IMG/VR virus record: IMGVR_UViG_3300024346_000014
Span: 32,001 to 96,000 of that record
DNA from: a virus
Taxonomy: Duplodnaviria; Caudoviricetes
Strand: one strand, 5' to 3'
Length of the DNA stretch: 64,000 nucleotides
Numbering within the stretch: position 1 is the first letter of the stretch; every line of letters starts with the position of its first letter. The translations under genes were made by a program, and so were the position numbers. The notes beneath the pieces are model-generated. The model made no database searches, had not been told where the DNA came from, and was given only the letters and a program-made list of their open reading frames with translations. This document shows positions 10,570-20,007 of this stretch, one piece after another.

Positions 10570-11142
10570 TTATTTTTTTATTACGTATCTTATTCTGGTT
10601 GTTCCATAAGTAGTAACCCAATCGGGTCCATTTAAACTAACTTGCCCATCAATCTCGTTACTTATAGATTTTCTATAAATAAATACACATCCAGTTTGCA
10701 ATTTATCATATATACCAAGGGTAATTTCATTTGGCATTACGGTGTTATCGCAATAAACCACAGTAGCTTCTCTTATGTCTAGCTTTAAAAAATCGCCTTT
10801 TAGAAAAACTATATTATTTAATTCTTTACAGAATCTAGCTTTGGTATCAAGCGCACCCTGTAGCCGCTTTTCAGAAAGCTCTATCCCTACTGATTTAGCA
10901 CCAGTCTTTAAACCTATATGACAAACCATTTTACCTACTCCGCAACCTAGGTCGTAAAACACAGCTTTTTCATTAAACTTGTCTGGAAATAATTCTAAAA
11001 TAGAATCAGTGGCCTCTTGTGTTATTTCTCCATAAGTGGCGTGAGAACCTGTTTCTTTGAATTTTTTCTTGTCATTCTCAGATAGTAAATATTGAGATTT
11101 ATATGCACTTTGCTTGTATATAGCATCTAGTATTGCTTTCAT
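10570..11142 (-). CDS. class I SAM methyltransferase, DOT1-like
   Basis: TYGEIT, FYDLGCGVGK, GIELSEKR, GDFL, ATVVYCDN. Confidence 0.8.
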   Translation of the reverse strand: MKAILDAIYKQSAYKSQYLLSENDKKKFKETGSHATYGEITQEATDSILELFPDKFNEKAVFYDLGCGVGKMVCHIGLKTGAKSVGIELSEKRLQGALDTKARFCKELNNIVFLKGDFLKLDIREATVVYCDNTVMPNEITLGIYDKLQTGCVFIYRKSISNEIDGQVSLNGPDWVTTYGTTRIRYVIKK

Positions 11143-11199
11143 TATTTATTTATTTGTTTTACTACGGAGTAAACCTGTTGTTGATAGCGGGCTAAACTT

Positions 11200-11508
11200 T
11201 TATTGCCCATTCAATTCCTTTGCGAGGAGCGTATATTGGCCTTGTCCTGCCTCGTTAACGGTGACTTCCAGGGTTGCGCCTTGAAAAACTAGAGTCAGAG
11301 GTTTTCCATAACCACATTGATATTTCCAGCTTGTTTTAAAAGGTGTTGCTTTGTATTCTATCATCTCTGCATGTTGATTAAAACCTGGTGCCTGTCTCAT
11401 CACGGTTAGGTTGGTTAAAGCATCAGCCTTTTGCCATCCACATGCGCTGATTGCAGTTATTAATAATATTCCAGAAATAGCGATTAACGTTTTGATTTTT
11501 CCACTCAT
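11200..11508 (-). CDS. secreted or lipoprotein-like hypothetical protein
   Basis: Hydrophobic N-terminus ending ISAC; GATAAATA upstream. Confidence 0.55.
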   Translation of the reverse strand: MSGKIKTLIAISGILLITAISACGWQKADALTNLTVMRQAPGFNQHAEMIEYKATPFKTSWKYQCGYGKPLTLVFQGATLEVTVNEAGQGQYTLLAKELNGQ

Positions 11509-11544
11509 TATAGTCTTGTTTTTAATCTTTATTTATCTAAACCA

Positions 11545-11763
11545 CTACGGGGCAAGCAACCAGAATTCCACTTGTTGAAAAAATCTATGGGTTTTAGGGT
11601 CTAGTGCATCTGATCCATAATGCTGTATTTTAGGATTAGTTACAGCAATCATTCTCACAACTAGGTCCTGGGATCTACACAGCTCAACGAGCCTAGACAT
11701 TGGGGTCTCCAGGGACTTTGCCTCCCGTATCTCTTCATCTCTTTGATTCCACTTTGAACTCAT
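11545..11763 (-). CDS. hypothetical protein
   Basis: 72 aa, abuts the ART-like gene. Confidence 0.55.
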   Translation of the reverse strand: MSSKWNQRDEEIREAKSLETPMSRLVELCRSQDLVVRMIAVTNPKIQHYGSDALDPKTHRFFQQVEFWLLAP

Positions 11764-12690
11764 CTAGTAACCCGGATATTTTTTAAGTAGCCCTTTAGCA
11801 AATTCCCACATTGCATGCTGCTTGTCACCGTGACCCTGCGTTGTCCAGAACTGCCGTCTGCCTCGGGCAAAAGTTGCGTCATCAGCCCGCTCCATACTAG
11901 CAATAGCGTGTCGGTTTAATATAGCAACTTCATCCCGCTTGTCTAAACTGTTGCCACCAAGTTTTCCATTGTATATTCCAACCACTCCGCCCTGGGTATA
12001 CTCCACTGTTTCTTCCCCTGTTATGTCTAGGTCTAGATGAGGTAGATACCTGTCGCCGGGTCTCAGCTTTACCCTGTAAAGTGATGGCCAAAAACCTCGT
12101 TTAACCCCGGCTAGCACGCTATAAAAAGGCCAGTATCTCTTGTCACCAACCCGGAGTTGATATATGTCACGCCCAGTGAATCCCCACTCCTTAGCAAAAC
12201 TCTCTACTAGGCTATAGGGTTTACCGTAACGGTTTGCTTCAACCAGTGCTGCCTCCTCCTCTAGGGAATCTCTCCGCATCCGGTCTACAATGGCTTCACC
12301 CTCCCCTAAGAGTCGTTGAGCAGATTCACCTCCACTGATCCATGTAAAACTATATTGATAGGCATTAGAGATATCGTTTGTAATATAGAATCCATATCTA
12401 GCACCAATTCCAGAATTACCAATCGCCTCCTCACCGCTAAATAGTTTAACGTTACCCCGGGTTAAATCTGGCATATGACTACCATGGTAATAGTATCCAT
12501 CCGGGCTGGCCTGCATTATCTCCGCCCCAGTAAGAGTACCTCCACGGCTACCTCTCTCTGGTTCCTCCTCTGTTGCGCTCTGTATTAACCTTTGTCTAAG
12601 ACTCTGTTTAGGTTTAGGAACAAGTAGCGTATCTACTTTCATTGTAGGCCATGATTCGTTTAGTTTAAGATATGTCTTTAGGTATTTCAT
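11764..12690 (-). CDS. ADP-ribosyltransferase-fold protein (H-Y-E type) with leader
   Basis: YYYHGS...YGFYITNDISNAYQY...DEVAIL; leader MKYLKTYLKLNES. Confidence 0.6.
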   Translation of the reverse strand: MKYLKTYLKLNESWPTMKVDTLLVPKPKQSLRQRLIQSATEEEPERGSRGGTLTGAEIMQASPDGYYYHGSHMPDLTRGNVKLFSGEEAIGNSGIGARYGFYITNDISNAYQYSFTWISGGESAQRLLGEGEAIVDRMRRDSLEEEAALVEANRYGKPYSLVESFAKEWGFTGRDIYQLRVGDKRYWPFYSVLAGVKRGFWPSLYRVKLRPGDRYLPHLDLDITGEETVEYTQGGVVGIYNGKLGGNSLDKRDEVAILNRHAIASMERADDATFARGRRQFWTTQGHGDKQHAMWEFAKGLLKKYPGY

Positions 12691-12712
12691 TACTGGATTA
12701 TTTATCTAAACT

Positions 12713-13055
12713 GCTACGGAGTAAAACAAGAGTCCGGGGCCGTGAAGACCCTGCCCTCGCCCGTTTATTATAATAATAATACTTCTATACCTAGAGAGAA
12801 ATAAAAAAAAGATCAGGATAAACCTGCTTTAATAACCTCTATAAGAAAACTTCCACTACGGAGTAATCTCTAGAACCAGAAACGGGTAGATCTAGACAGG
12901 AACCCGACCCAACCCTATAAGATAACCTCTACCCGCTGGCCACTACGGAGTAAAACCCTACCCTATACCTGCCCAATCGCGACCCCCTTGGTGTTACCCA
13001 AAATGAGGTTTCTGTGTAAGGTCAAGCCTTGGGGACTCCCAATCCACTACGGAGT
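12713..13055 (+). repeat. cluster of four (A/G)CTACGGAGT direct repeats upstream of the recombinase-like gene
   Basis: Copies at 12713 (G variant), 12855, 12942 and 13046, each followed by AA; AT-rich patch at 12765-12810. Confidence 0.95.
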
Positions 13056-13169
13056 AACCCAGGAGGGGTGTTTCCCGGGTAGGATCGGTTGCGGATACAG
13101 ATTACACTAGTACCCATAGGTTACCTAAGCACCGGTTATGGATATATAAACTTAAATAACACAATAGAT

Positions 13170-13775
13170 ATGACTAAGAGACAGGCTTTAGAAGTAATTG
13201 GGTGTCACTCAACCACTTTAAAGAGGTATATACAGAAGGGATATATCCGTGTAACCAAGTTACCTAACGGGAGATATAACTATTACGAGGATGATGTGTA
13301 TACTATGGTGGGTAAGAGGTTAAAGCGCGAGCATTGGACTGTTTTATATAGCCGGGTGGATTCAAGCAGTCAGGTTAATAAGAAGAAGATGGAGGAGCAA
13401 AAGAGGTTGGCTTACGAGTGGAGTACCAAGAGGGGGCTTACCTTTGACAAGGTTTATGAGGATTGGAGGCCCGCTTCAGATTACAATAGACCTCAGCTTC
13501 TACAGTTGATAGAGGATATATTAAAAAAGCGGGTCGATAATGTAGTAATTGAGACGAGGTGCCGCTTGAGCCGGTTTGCCTTTGGTATCTTTGATATGTT
13601 ATTTAAATATCACGGAGTGGCCCTAATAGTGATGAACCAGTGGATTACAGATCCCCATTACCAGGATGAGCAATCTGCTGACTTGGCCCGGGTCATGAAA
13701 CAATCCGGGTTGGAGAGACTCGAAGGTAATATGTCACAGGTGCCTGAACAGCCTGTTCGTAGACGCAAGGTGTAA
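13170..13775 (+). CDS. IS607-family TnpA-like protein (MerR-type HTH plus serine recombinase domain), catalytic Ser replaced by Asp
   Basis: QALEVIGCHSTTLKRY...LPNGRYNY HTH; YSRVDSSSQ instead of YARVSSxxQ; VVIETRCRLSRF; ATG at 13170 preferred; no tnpB adjacent. Confidence 0.85.
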   Translation: MTKRQALEVIGCHSTTLKRYIQKGYIRVTKLPNGRYNYYEDDVYTMVGKRLKREHWTVLYSRVDSSSQVNKKKMEEQKRLAYEWSTKRGLTFDKVYEDWRPASDYNRPQLLQLIEDILKKRVDNVVIETRCRLSRFAFGIFDMLFKYHGVALIVMNQWITDPHYQDEQSADLARVMKQSGLERLEGNMSQVPEQPVRRRKV

Positions 13776-13854
13776 TTACCTCTGTGTTTGCGATTTACCT
13801 CCGTGTTACTAGTCAACGAGATTCACACACGTGCCCGTAACTATTATCACCCCC

Positions 13855-13880
13855 AAAAACACCACTGGCCTGTGGTGTCT
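13855..13880 (-). terminator. hairpin or terminator closing the minus-strand array
   Basis: aaaaACACCAC-tggcct-GTGGTGT. Confidence 0.55.
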
Positions 13881-13920
13881 CGGGTTATTTGACTTTACCC
13901 TATAAAATCAAACTCAACGT

Positions 13921-15081
13921 TTATAATGTTTGCAAGTTAGCATACTGAAGATCTAGTCCAGTAGTAATTGCTTTATTAAGTAATCTACCACCTTGTGATT
14001 TAAGTGACTCTGGATTAACTATATCAAACTCAGACTTATTACTACCCAAGAAAGTAAGATTGTTAATCACATCCCAGACTGACATGCCTGTTTTAATATT
14101 ACTCTTTTGGCGATCATTCATTTTATATGGATCAAGACCTGTTTTAGCCAATCGCTGTGCACTAGAAGAGAACGCAGGGAAATAACTAGTAACCAGTTTT
14201 CTATAATCCTTAGCCGACTCAGCATCTGGAAACTGCTGCATAATTAAAGCTATACCTGATTCCAATTCTTTAAAGCTTGCACGGGTAGATTGACTTGAAG
14301 CTATTGCTTCTCTAAAACCCCGTGGAACAAAACCAGTTGCCTCAATGCGCTTTATCTGGTTTAAGAATTGATCAATGTTTCCTGGCTTTAAACTCTTTAG
14401 ATTAAACTTTTCACCTACATCGGCAAGGTTACCTGCAACTGCACCGTTACCTAAACCTATTCTCATACCATTAGCACATATCAACCTCTGGTTATAGAGT
14501 TCTAATCCAGTAGTAGTGGGCGTAGTTTTAATAGTAAAACCAAAGTTAAACTCCTCGTCTGCACCCAAGCCTTCCATCTTAATAGGTGATGAATTAATAA
14601 AATTAAAAGTAGTTAAGCCTCCATGACTACCGGCTGATTGTAGACCCATGTTAGGGTTATCGTTGAGTATCTTTTCAGATATATCGCAAATAGTCTCCAT
14701 TGATAACCTGCCACTACTGCTGCCTTTAATTATGTTATTAACTTCTCTCTTCTCTGGATCAGCTATCAATTGATATTGCTGTTGAGCATTATTTGACCTA
14801 ATAGATTTATACTGCTTGATTGCCTTGATGAGTGTAGCATAGATTTGCTCATCATCGTTCTTCATAAAACTAGTAGCTAGTCCACTATTTACATTTACTG
14901 TTTTGGCCAACTTTGCCCAAAAGCCTTTACTCACTGGGACCAACTGTCCCTGTACCTTAATGAAACCGTCTTTGATTCCATTTGTTGTAACATCTATTTG
15001 TTGTAGCGTTACTGTTTTAGTCATGGCATCCCTTGAGATAAGATCCCGTTTTAAAATATCAAATTCTTTTTGTTGTATCAT
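13921..15081 (-). CDS. DUF932/DUF945-like protein
   Basis: GLELYNQRLICANGM motif and C-terminal SVWDVINNLT. Confidence 0.6.
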   Translation of the reverse strand: MIQQKEFDILKRDLISRDAMTKTVTLQQIDVTTNGIKDGFIKVQGQLVPVSKGFWAKLAKTVNVNSGLATSFMKNDDEQIYATLIKAIKQYKSIRSNNAQQQYQLIADPEKREVNNIIKGSSSGRLSMETICDISEKILNDNPNMGLQSAGSHGGLTTFNFINSSPIKMEGLGADEEFNFGFTIKTTPTTTGLELYNQRLICANGMRIGLGNGAVAGNLADVGEKFNLKSLKPGNIDQFLNQIKRIEATGFVPRGFREAIASSQSTRASFKELESGIALIMQQFPDAESAKDYRKLVTSYFPAFSSSAQRLAKTGLDPYKMNDRQKSNIKTGMSVWDVINNLTFLGSNKSEFDIVNPESLKSQGGRLLNKAITTGLDLQYANLQTL

Positions 15082-15109
15082 TGCTTTTTTTTATGTTATT
15101 AATATTATA

Positions 15110-16243
15110 CTAATCCTGGTTGATAAGATTAACTATTTCAAAATCTGTCTCCTGCCCCTCTTCTTGTTCCACTACGGAGTTATCCTCAATGGTTTCATTT
15201 CCCATGCCTAAGAATACTCTATTAAAAGTTTCCTCTGCCTCACGCTTACGTTCCAACTCAGTAGACTCCATTTGTTTCACAGTTTGCGTAGATTCAAAGC
15301 GTTCCTTATCATACTTAATCTTGCCATCTTCAAGAGTATAGTAAAGTGGTTTATTAATATTACTTCCACCTCTACGGTTCTTTGAGAACTCTAAGTAACG
15401 TGCACCTTCTGTGTCAAATCTAAACTCTAACATTGCAGTGGTAGCATGCTTGAGATATGTACTACCTACATAGGTTCCTCCTTTGGTAAGGTGTTGAATT
15501 GCCAAGACTGCTATACCCATTTTATCTGCTGCGCTAATCATAATGTTAGTTAACCAGGTTTCAGCGTATGTAGCTTTCCACCCAAGTATATCTTTAAACT
15601 TTACCACCATGTCTTGAAAACTATCAAGTAGTACAACATCATAGTCTCCACTAAATGCAACTTTCTCTAACACCTGGTCCATGTTGCCTGTATGGATATA
15701 ATCCATCATTAACAGGGTTGGAATATCCCCAATGATAGGTGTCTTTTCTTTATAGAAATATATGTCATTACGGGTCATCTCTGAGCTTACATAGAGTATA
15801 TTAGCATCAGGGTTATTCTGCTTAAGATTAGCTATAACATCTAACATCACTGTACTTTTACCTACTCCGGATTCTCCAACAACCACGGTAACCGTTCCAG
15901 TATATTGGCCTCCGCCTTCTTCATGATCTGATAAAAGCTCGTCAATATAAGTATTAGACTTAAGTAATCTAAAATTAGGAAATTCCAAATCATTAATTGC
16001 CACTACGGAGTCAGCCGCATCTATTACATTTGTCTCTACTTGTTCAGGTGTTTCTTGAGATTCACTCTTTATATCTTTCATAATACCATTAAGCATTCCA
16101 TATGAAATGGTGTGTTCAGTTACATCACGCTTTAGTTTGTCATATAGGTCTACCATGCTGGTTCCCTCTGGGTAACGTGTGAAGTTGTCATTAAACCACT
16201 GACGAATGGATTGCTCTTTTTTTCCTCCTTTAATCTCTATCAT
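15110..16243 (-). CDS. RecA-superfamily ATPase, RadA/Sms-like core
   Basis: Walker A GESGVGKST, LYVSSE, Walker B VLLDSFQ, HLTKGGTYVGSTYLKH, KNRRG. Confidence 0.85.
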   Translation of the reverse strand: MIEIKGGKKEQSIRQWFNDNFTRYPEGTSMVDLYDKLKRDVTEHTISYGMLNGIMKDIKSESQETPEQVETNVIDAADSVVAINDLEFPNFRLLKSNTYIDELLSDHEEGGGQYTGTVTVVVGESGVGKSTVMLDVIANLKQNNPDANILYVSSEMTRNDIYFYKEKTPIIGDIPTLLMMDYIHTGNMDQVLEKVAFSGDYDVVLLDSFQDMVVKFKDILGWKATYAETWLTNIMISAADKMGIAVLAIQHLTKGGTYVGSTYLKHATTAMLEFRFDTEGARYLEFSKNRRGGSNINKPLYYTLEDGKIKYDKERFESTQTVKQMESTELERKREAEETFNRVFLGMGNETIEDNSVVEQEEGQETDFEIVNLINQD

Positions 16244-16289
16244 TTTTGTTTTTATTTTATAGGGTTACGGTTAATATACTAAATTATTT

Positions 16290-16781
16290 TTAAATGTTAT
16301 CAGAAAGTTCCTTGAATATTTCCTGCTCTTTACTGCTTAGTTTTTCAAAGCCTCCACCTCTCTCGTTCATTAAGTCAAGTAGATTATCTAAAGTAAAAGA
16401 ATCTGTAAATTGAGTTTTACCTTCGTCGCTTGATTCTATGTTTAAATGTTTTTTGAAAGCTTTACCCCATTCTAAAAATTGAGACATATCATTGTTATAT
16501 GCAAAACTAGTAGGATCTATTTTAAAGACCATTACTGGAAATACATTTCCATCTTTGCCTTCGCTATTTTCAATTAAGCCTATGCTAATTTCTTGAAACC
16601 TATTAGATATTTCTCGAGAGCTTAATCTAGATTTAAGTATAGTTATGATACCTGACATTCCCGGTTGATCTGGAAACACTGGTCCACCTATAGGCTCGCC
16701 TTCTGATATATCATTAACTAACTTAAACTCCTCTTCAGTAGGTATTGGGATTCCTAATCTAATTATAATATAATCTTCCAT
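16290..16781 (-). CDS. hypothetical protein, C-terminal DUF6576-like helix pair
   Basis: TLDNLLDLMNERGGGFEKLSSKEQEIF. Confidence 0.6.
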   Translation of the reverse strand: MEDYIIIRLGIPIPTEEEFKLVNDISEGEPIGGPVFPDQPGMSGIITILKSRLSSREISNRFQEISIGLIENSEGKDGNVFPVMVFKIDPTSFAYNNDMSQFLEWGKAFKKHLNIESSDEGKTQFTDSFTLDNLLDLMNERGGGFEKLSSKEQEIFKELSDNI

Positions 16782-16913
16782 AGTAAATTATTTTTATTTG
16801 TTATAATGCTAATATACTAACTATTTACATAAAATAAAACTTTTGTGTAATAAAGTTGACCTTTGTAAAATTTGCCAGTACTAACAACACAAAGGTAACA
16901 CTAGATTGTATGC

Positions 16914-16945
16914 AAAAAAAGAGCCGGCTAATTACACCGGCTCTC
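16914..16945 (-). terminator. intrinsic terminator after the tRNA cluster
   Basis: GAGAGCCGG-tgtaattag-CCGGCTCT plus T-run on minus. Confidence 0.9.
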
Positions 16946-17037
16946 ATCATAACAATCGGGACTTGCTTTCACAAGCCCCTAAACAAAAATAATTATGGTG
17001 TATCCTGGAAGATACATCATGATGTCAGATGACATCG
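16946..17037 (-). ncRNA. candidate structured RNA in the tRNA trailer, antisense to the early-gene start consensus
   Basis: Three hairpins plus CATAATTATTTTTGTTT (complement of 16981-16997). Confidence 0.35.
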
Positions 17038-17111
17038 TGGGCCCACCAGGGCTCGAACCTGGGACTTTCTGATTATGAGTCAGATACTCTAACCAACTGA
17101 GTTATAAGCCC
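17038..17111 (-). tRNA. tRNA with CAT anticodon (probably Ile2, lysidine-type)
   Basis: GGGCTTATAACTCAGTTGGTTAGAG-TATCTGA-CTCATAA-TCAG...GGTTCGAGCC; no encoded CCA. Confidence 0.9.
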
Positions 17112-17146
17112 ATACCAAAGGAGGCATTTCTCCCGGTCTGGTTTAA

Positions 17147-17223
17147 TGGTACACCCATCAGGATTCGAACCTGAGACCTACTGCTTAGAAGGCAGTTGCT
17201 CTATCCAGCTGAGCTATGGGTGC
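17147..17223 (-). tRNA. tRNA-Arg(TCT)
   Basis: GCACCCATAGCTCAGCTGGATAGAGC...CTTCTAA...GGTTCGAATCC...GGGTGTACCA. Confidence 0.95.
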
Positions 17224-17240
17224 ACATCGTAAAAGCTTAG

Positions 17241-17325
17241 TACTCGAGGCCGGGATCGAACCGGCACGGCCATAATGGCCACAGGATTTTAAGTCCGGCG
17301 CGTCTACCTATTCCGCCACTCGAGC
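17241..17325 (-). tRNA. tRNA-Leu(TAA)
   Basis: GCTCGAGTGGCGGAATAGGTAGACGC...CTTAAAA, long variable arm, GGTTCGATCCC. Confidence 0.95.
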
Positions 17326-17341
17326 TTAGGCTTTTAAATAT

Positions 17342-17719
17342 TTAATACCAAACTGCTCCATGTCTTAATACCGCTTCAGGTAATTCATATATAGGCGATT
17401 TAGTATCTTTATCTTGGAAGTATCCTGCTTTATATGGATTATAAGTACAAACCTTTTTAAAACGTGGAGTTACTCCTTTTTTATACTCTTCTGCACGTGG
17501 AGCAAATATAAAAGCATGTACGTTTTTACGTTTCTCTTTTATAACCCTTTGCCTCCCTGTTTCGTTGACTAACATCTTAGCATCCTTTACGTGCAATGCA
17601 AATGAATGTTTAAATACTCTCCAACCCGCTTTATCCTGGTCCCATGCTTGGACACTATAGCATTTCTTATGAAGATTAAAGTATATTTTAAATCCTTTAT
17701 CTAGATTCCAATTTCTCAT
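17342..17719 (-). CDS. conserved phage hypothetical protein
   Basis: YFNLHKKCYSV...GRQRVIKEKRKNVHAF...YNPYK motif set. Confidence 0.75.
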   Translation of the reverse strand: MRNWNLDKGFKIYFNLHKKCYSVQAWDQDKAGWRVFKHSFALHVKDAKMLVNETGRQRVIKEKRKNVHAFIFAPRAEEYKKGVTPRFKKVCTYNPYKAGYFQDKDTKSPIYELPEAVLRHGAVWY

Positions 17720-17721
17720 AA

Positions 17722-17931
17722 TTAAGATTTTACGATTTCCAATACTTCTTCCCTTGCTGTTTCGCCCTTTAAGCTTATGATTTCTTCAAAGCACTGTTTT
17801 GCTACTTTAAAATCTGTTGACATTGAACCTGATATCAAGTCTCCATCTACCCTTGTAAAGTAATATGTTTCTAAGTCGTTAGTGGTAATCTTAGTCTCTT
17901 TACAGAATGCATATTCTTTTTCCTTACTCAT
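17722..17931 (-). CDS. hypothetical early protein
   Basis: Directly downstream of an array promoter. Confidence 0.7.
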   Translation of the reverse strand: MSKEKEYAFCKETKITTNDLETYYFTRVDGDLISGSMSTDFKVAKQCFEEIISLKGETAREEVLEIVKS

Positions 17932-17999
17932 AATTAATTTGTTTTTTGTTATATAGCTAATATACTAAAAAATAATCAATTTTTAAACAAAATTTTAAA

Positions 18000-18629
18000 T
18001 TAAATATTGCATTGAGCTCTAACGGGTACTCTCTTTGAGATAGTATTATACCATTGTGTCCAACCTATGGTATCCACATCGGTACGCTTTCTTTTTCCAT
18101 GCTTCATAAATTTACTCAGGCTAATTTTTGAGGATTCTTTTAATAATCCATTTACTTTATCACCATCCATTTGCCATACGCCTATTATTCCTCCGTTCGA
18201 CCATTTATCTGTTGCATCGCATACTACTAAATAAAGTGGCATGTCTTCTTCATGGTATGCTCCATTTTGATATGTAGCTTTTATATAATTAAGGATAGGT
18301 GTTCTATAACCCACTGTTAAACTTCCTGCTGTGTTCATGAATATACCTTTGGTCTTGATATAACAGGTTTTTAATTCTACCTTTGTGAACTTTCCACGTT
18401 TCATCATTATGGAATCTTTTGCTGTGAGATCTGACAAAACAAGAGTGCCGCAAACTATTGCGGCATAAATATCATGGTATAATTTACCATATTCTATCGT
18501 ACTTAGTTCTTTGGGTTTTTTATCGAACAAATAATATTTACTAGGTGTAAATGTGTTTGACTTTATTTGCTTATTAAATAATTTAGTATTATGAGCAATT
18601 CTTCTGTCAAACTCAAGCTGTGTAATCAT
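18000..18629 (-). CDS. hypothetical protein, possible PD-(D/E)xK nuclease
   Basis: AKDSIM...KVELKT spacing. Confidence 0.45.
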   Translation of the reverse strand: MITQLEFDRRIAHNTKLFNKQIKSNTFTPSKYYLFDKKPKELSTIEYGKLYHDIYAAIVCGTLVLSDLTAKDSIMMKRGKFTKVELKTCYIKTKGIFMNTAGSLTVGYRTPILNYIKATYQNGAYHEEDMPLYLVVCDATDKWSNGGIIGVWQMDGDKVNGLLKESSKISLSKFMKHGKRKRTDVDTIGWTQWYNTISKRVPVRAQCNI

Positions 18630-18632
18630 GTA

Positions 18633-19434
18633 TTATTTAACCACAGAATCCTTATCAAGTTTTAAATATTCTTCAATACAATTACCCATCTGTTCAATTG
18701 AGGACTCTATGTTTCGTAACTCTTCTATAAGCCATTCTAGATTCCACATTTCTTGAGCCACTTTATAAGTCTTTTCTGATTTTTCAAGAAGCTTAAGGGC
18801 TTCACTATATTCTTTCCAACCATTATCTCTTAGTGGAATGTCATAGTATTCATGAAGCCTTGCTTGAAATCTCCTTAATTCTAATATCTTATCCTTAACT
18901 GATTTAGGAGTACTGGCTTTAGCAATTGTTTCAAATGTATGCATCTTTATTTAGTTTTAGTTGTGTCTGAAAATCCTTCTTTAAGGTCTTGCCATTGCTG
19001 ACTTTCTTTTACTTTACCAGGTAACTTACTAGTTTCCTTGAAAGTTTTACCAATACCTTTTCCTATATGCTTATAATGATTTGTTTCTTGCAACTCCCCT
19101 TTTTGATATATCCCGAGGTATCCAAAGCATATAACAGCTACGCATGCTACTATGAAAATTTTAAATATTCCCTTTATCATTTTACTAGAGTTTCATCGAT
19201 TTTAAAATTATTTAAATCTAAACCGGGTCTTGGTGATATGACTACCATTACAGATGAATCATTGTTGAATCCTATTCTTCCATCATCATATGCTTCTTGA
19301 TGCCAGTGTGTCCATTTAGGAGGAACCCCTTCTGGTATATCACTTGGCCTTTTTAAATCATTGCTAGTGCTATTGCTACATGCAACAATTGTAGTTAATA
19401 ATAATATCGATAATATGTTTTTTAAATACTTCAT
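18633..19434 (-). CDS. three short ORFs (18633-18944; 18947-19180 membrane; 19177-19434 lipoprotein-like)
   Basis: Tightly coupled ORFs behind an array promoter; IVAC lipobox. Confidence 0.65.
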
Positions 19435-19490
19435 AACTGGTGTTTTATTAATACTAATATACTAAATTTAATTGGCAAGTAAAAACTTAT

Positions 19491-20007
19491 CTAAAACCGT
19501 TTAACCTTTGTGATGATTATTCTGGATTCTTCCGGATTATTCTTTTCTCCTATGAAAACTATACCCTCGTCTCTAACGGTGTCAGCTGTTTTTCTGTAAG
19601 TATGGGTGGACTCCTTTATTCCGGCCATCCATAGCCCTATGTTATATGCTTTTTTTACTGTTCCACATACCGCAGTCGTATCCCAAAAAGTGTTTACTAC
19701 GGAGTGATCTTCCCCTGGCACTATGTCTTTACTTATTGTTACTAAGTATAATATCTTCTTTGATTCCATCTATTATAATTTTTATTTTACTACATTTTTC
19801 ATACTCCTCTAAGATTGTAAAATGATCTTTCATTTTTTCTAATGCATCTATCTTTTCAGAAACACTATACTTTTCACTTAACATTTCATCAGGACATCTT
19901 ATTAATATTTTATATATTACTTTATAAAAAACATCTTTATTATGGTCCTTTAAAAAAGAAAGCAATTTTAAAGTATCAGTATTTTGTATTAATTTTTTCC
20001 AATCCAT
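19491..20007 (-). CDS. two short ORFs (19491-19769; 19729-20007 with UVR-like EEYEKC motif)
   Basis: Overlapping ORFs; EEYEKC also occurs in 27597..27917. Confidence 0.65.

Noticed and set aside
13089-13775. Active IS607 insertion sequence; track start at 13089
   Set aside because: No tnpB and the catalytic Ser is absent; HTH homology begins at ATG 13170
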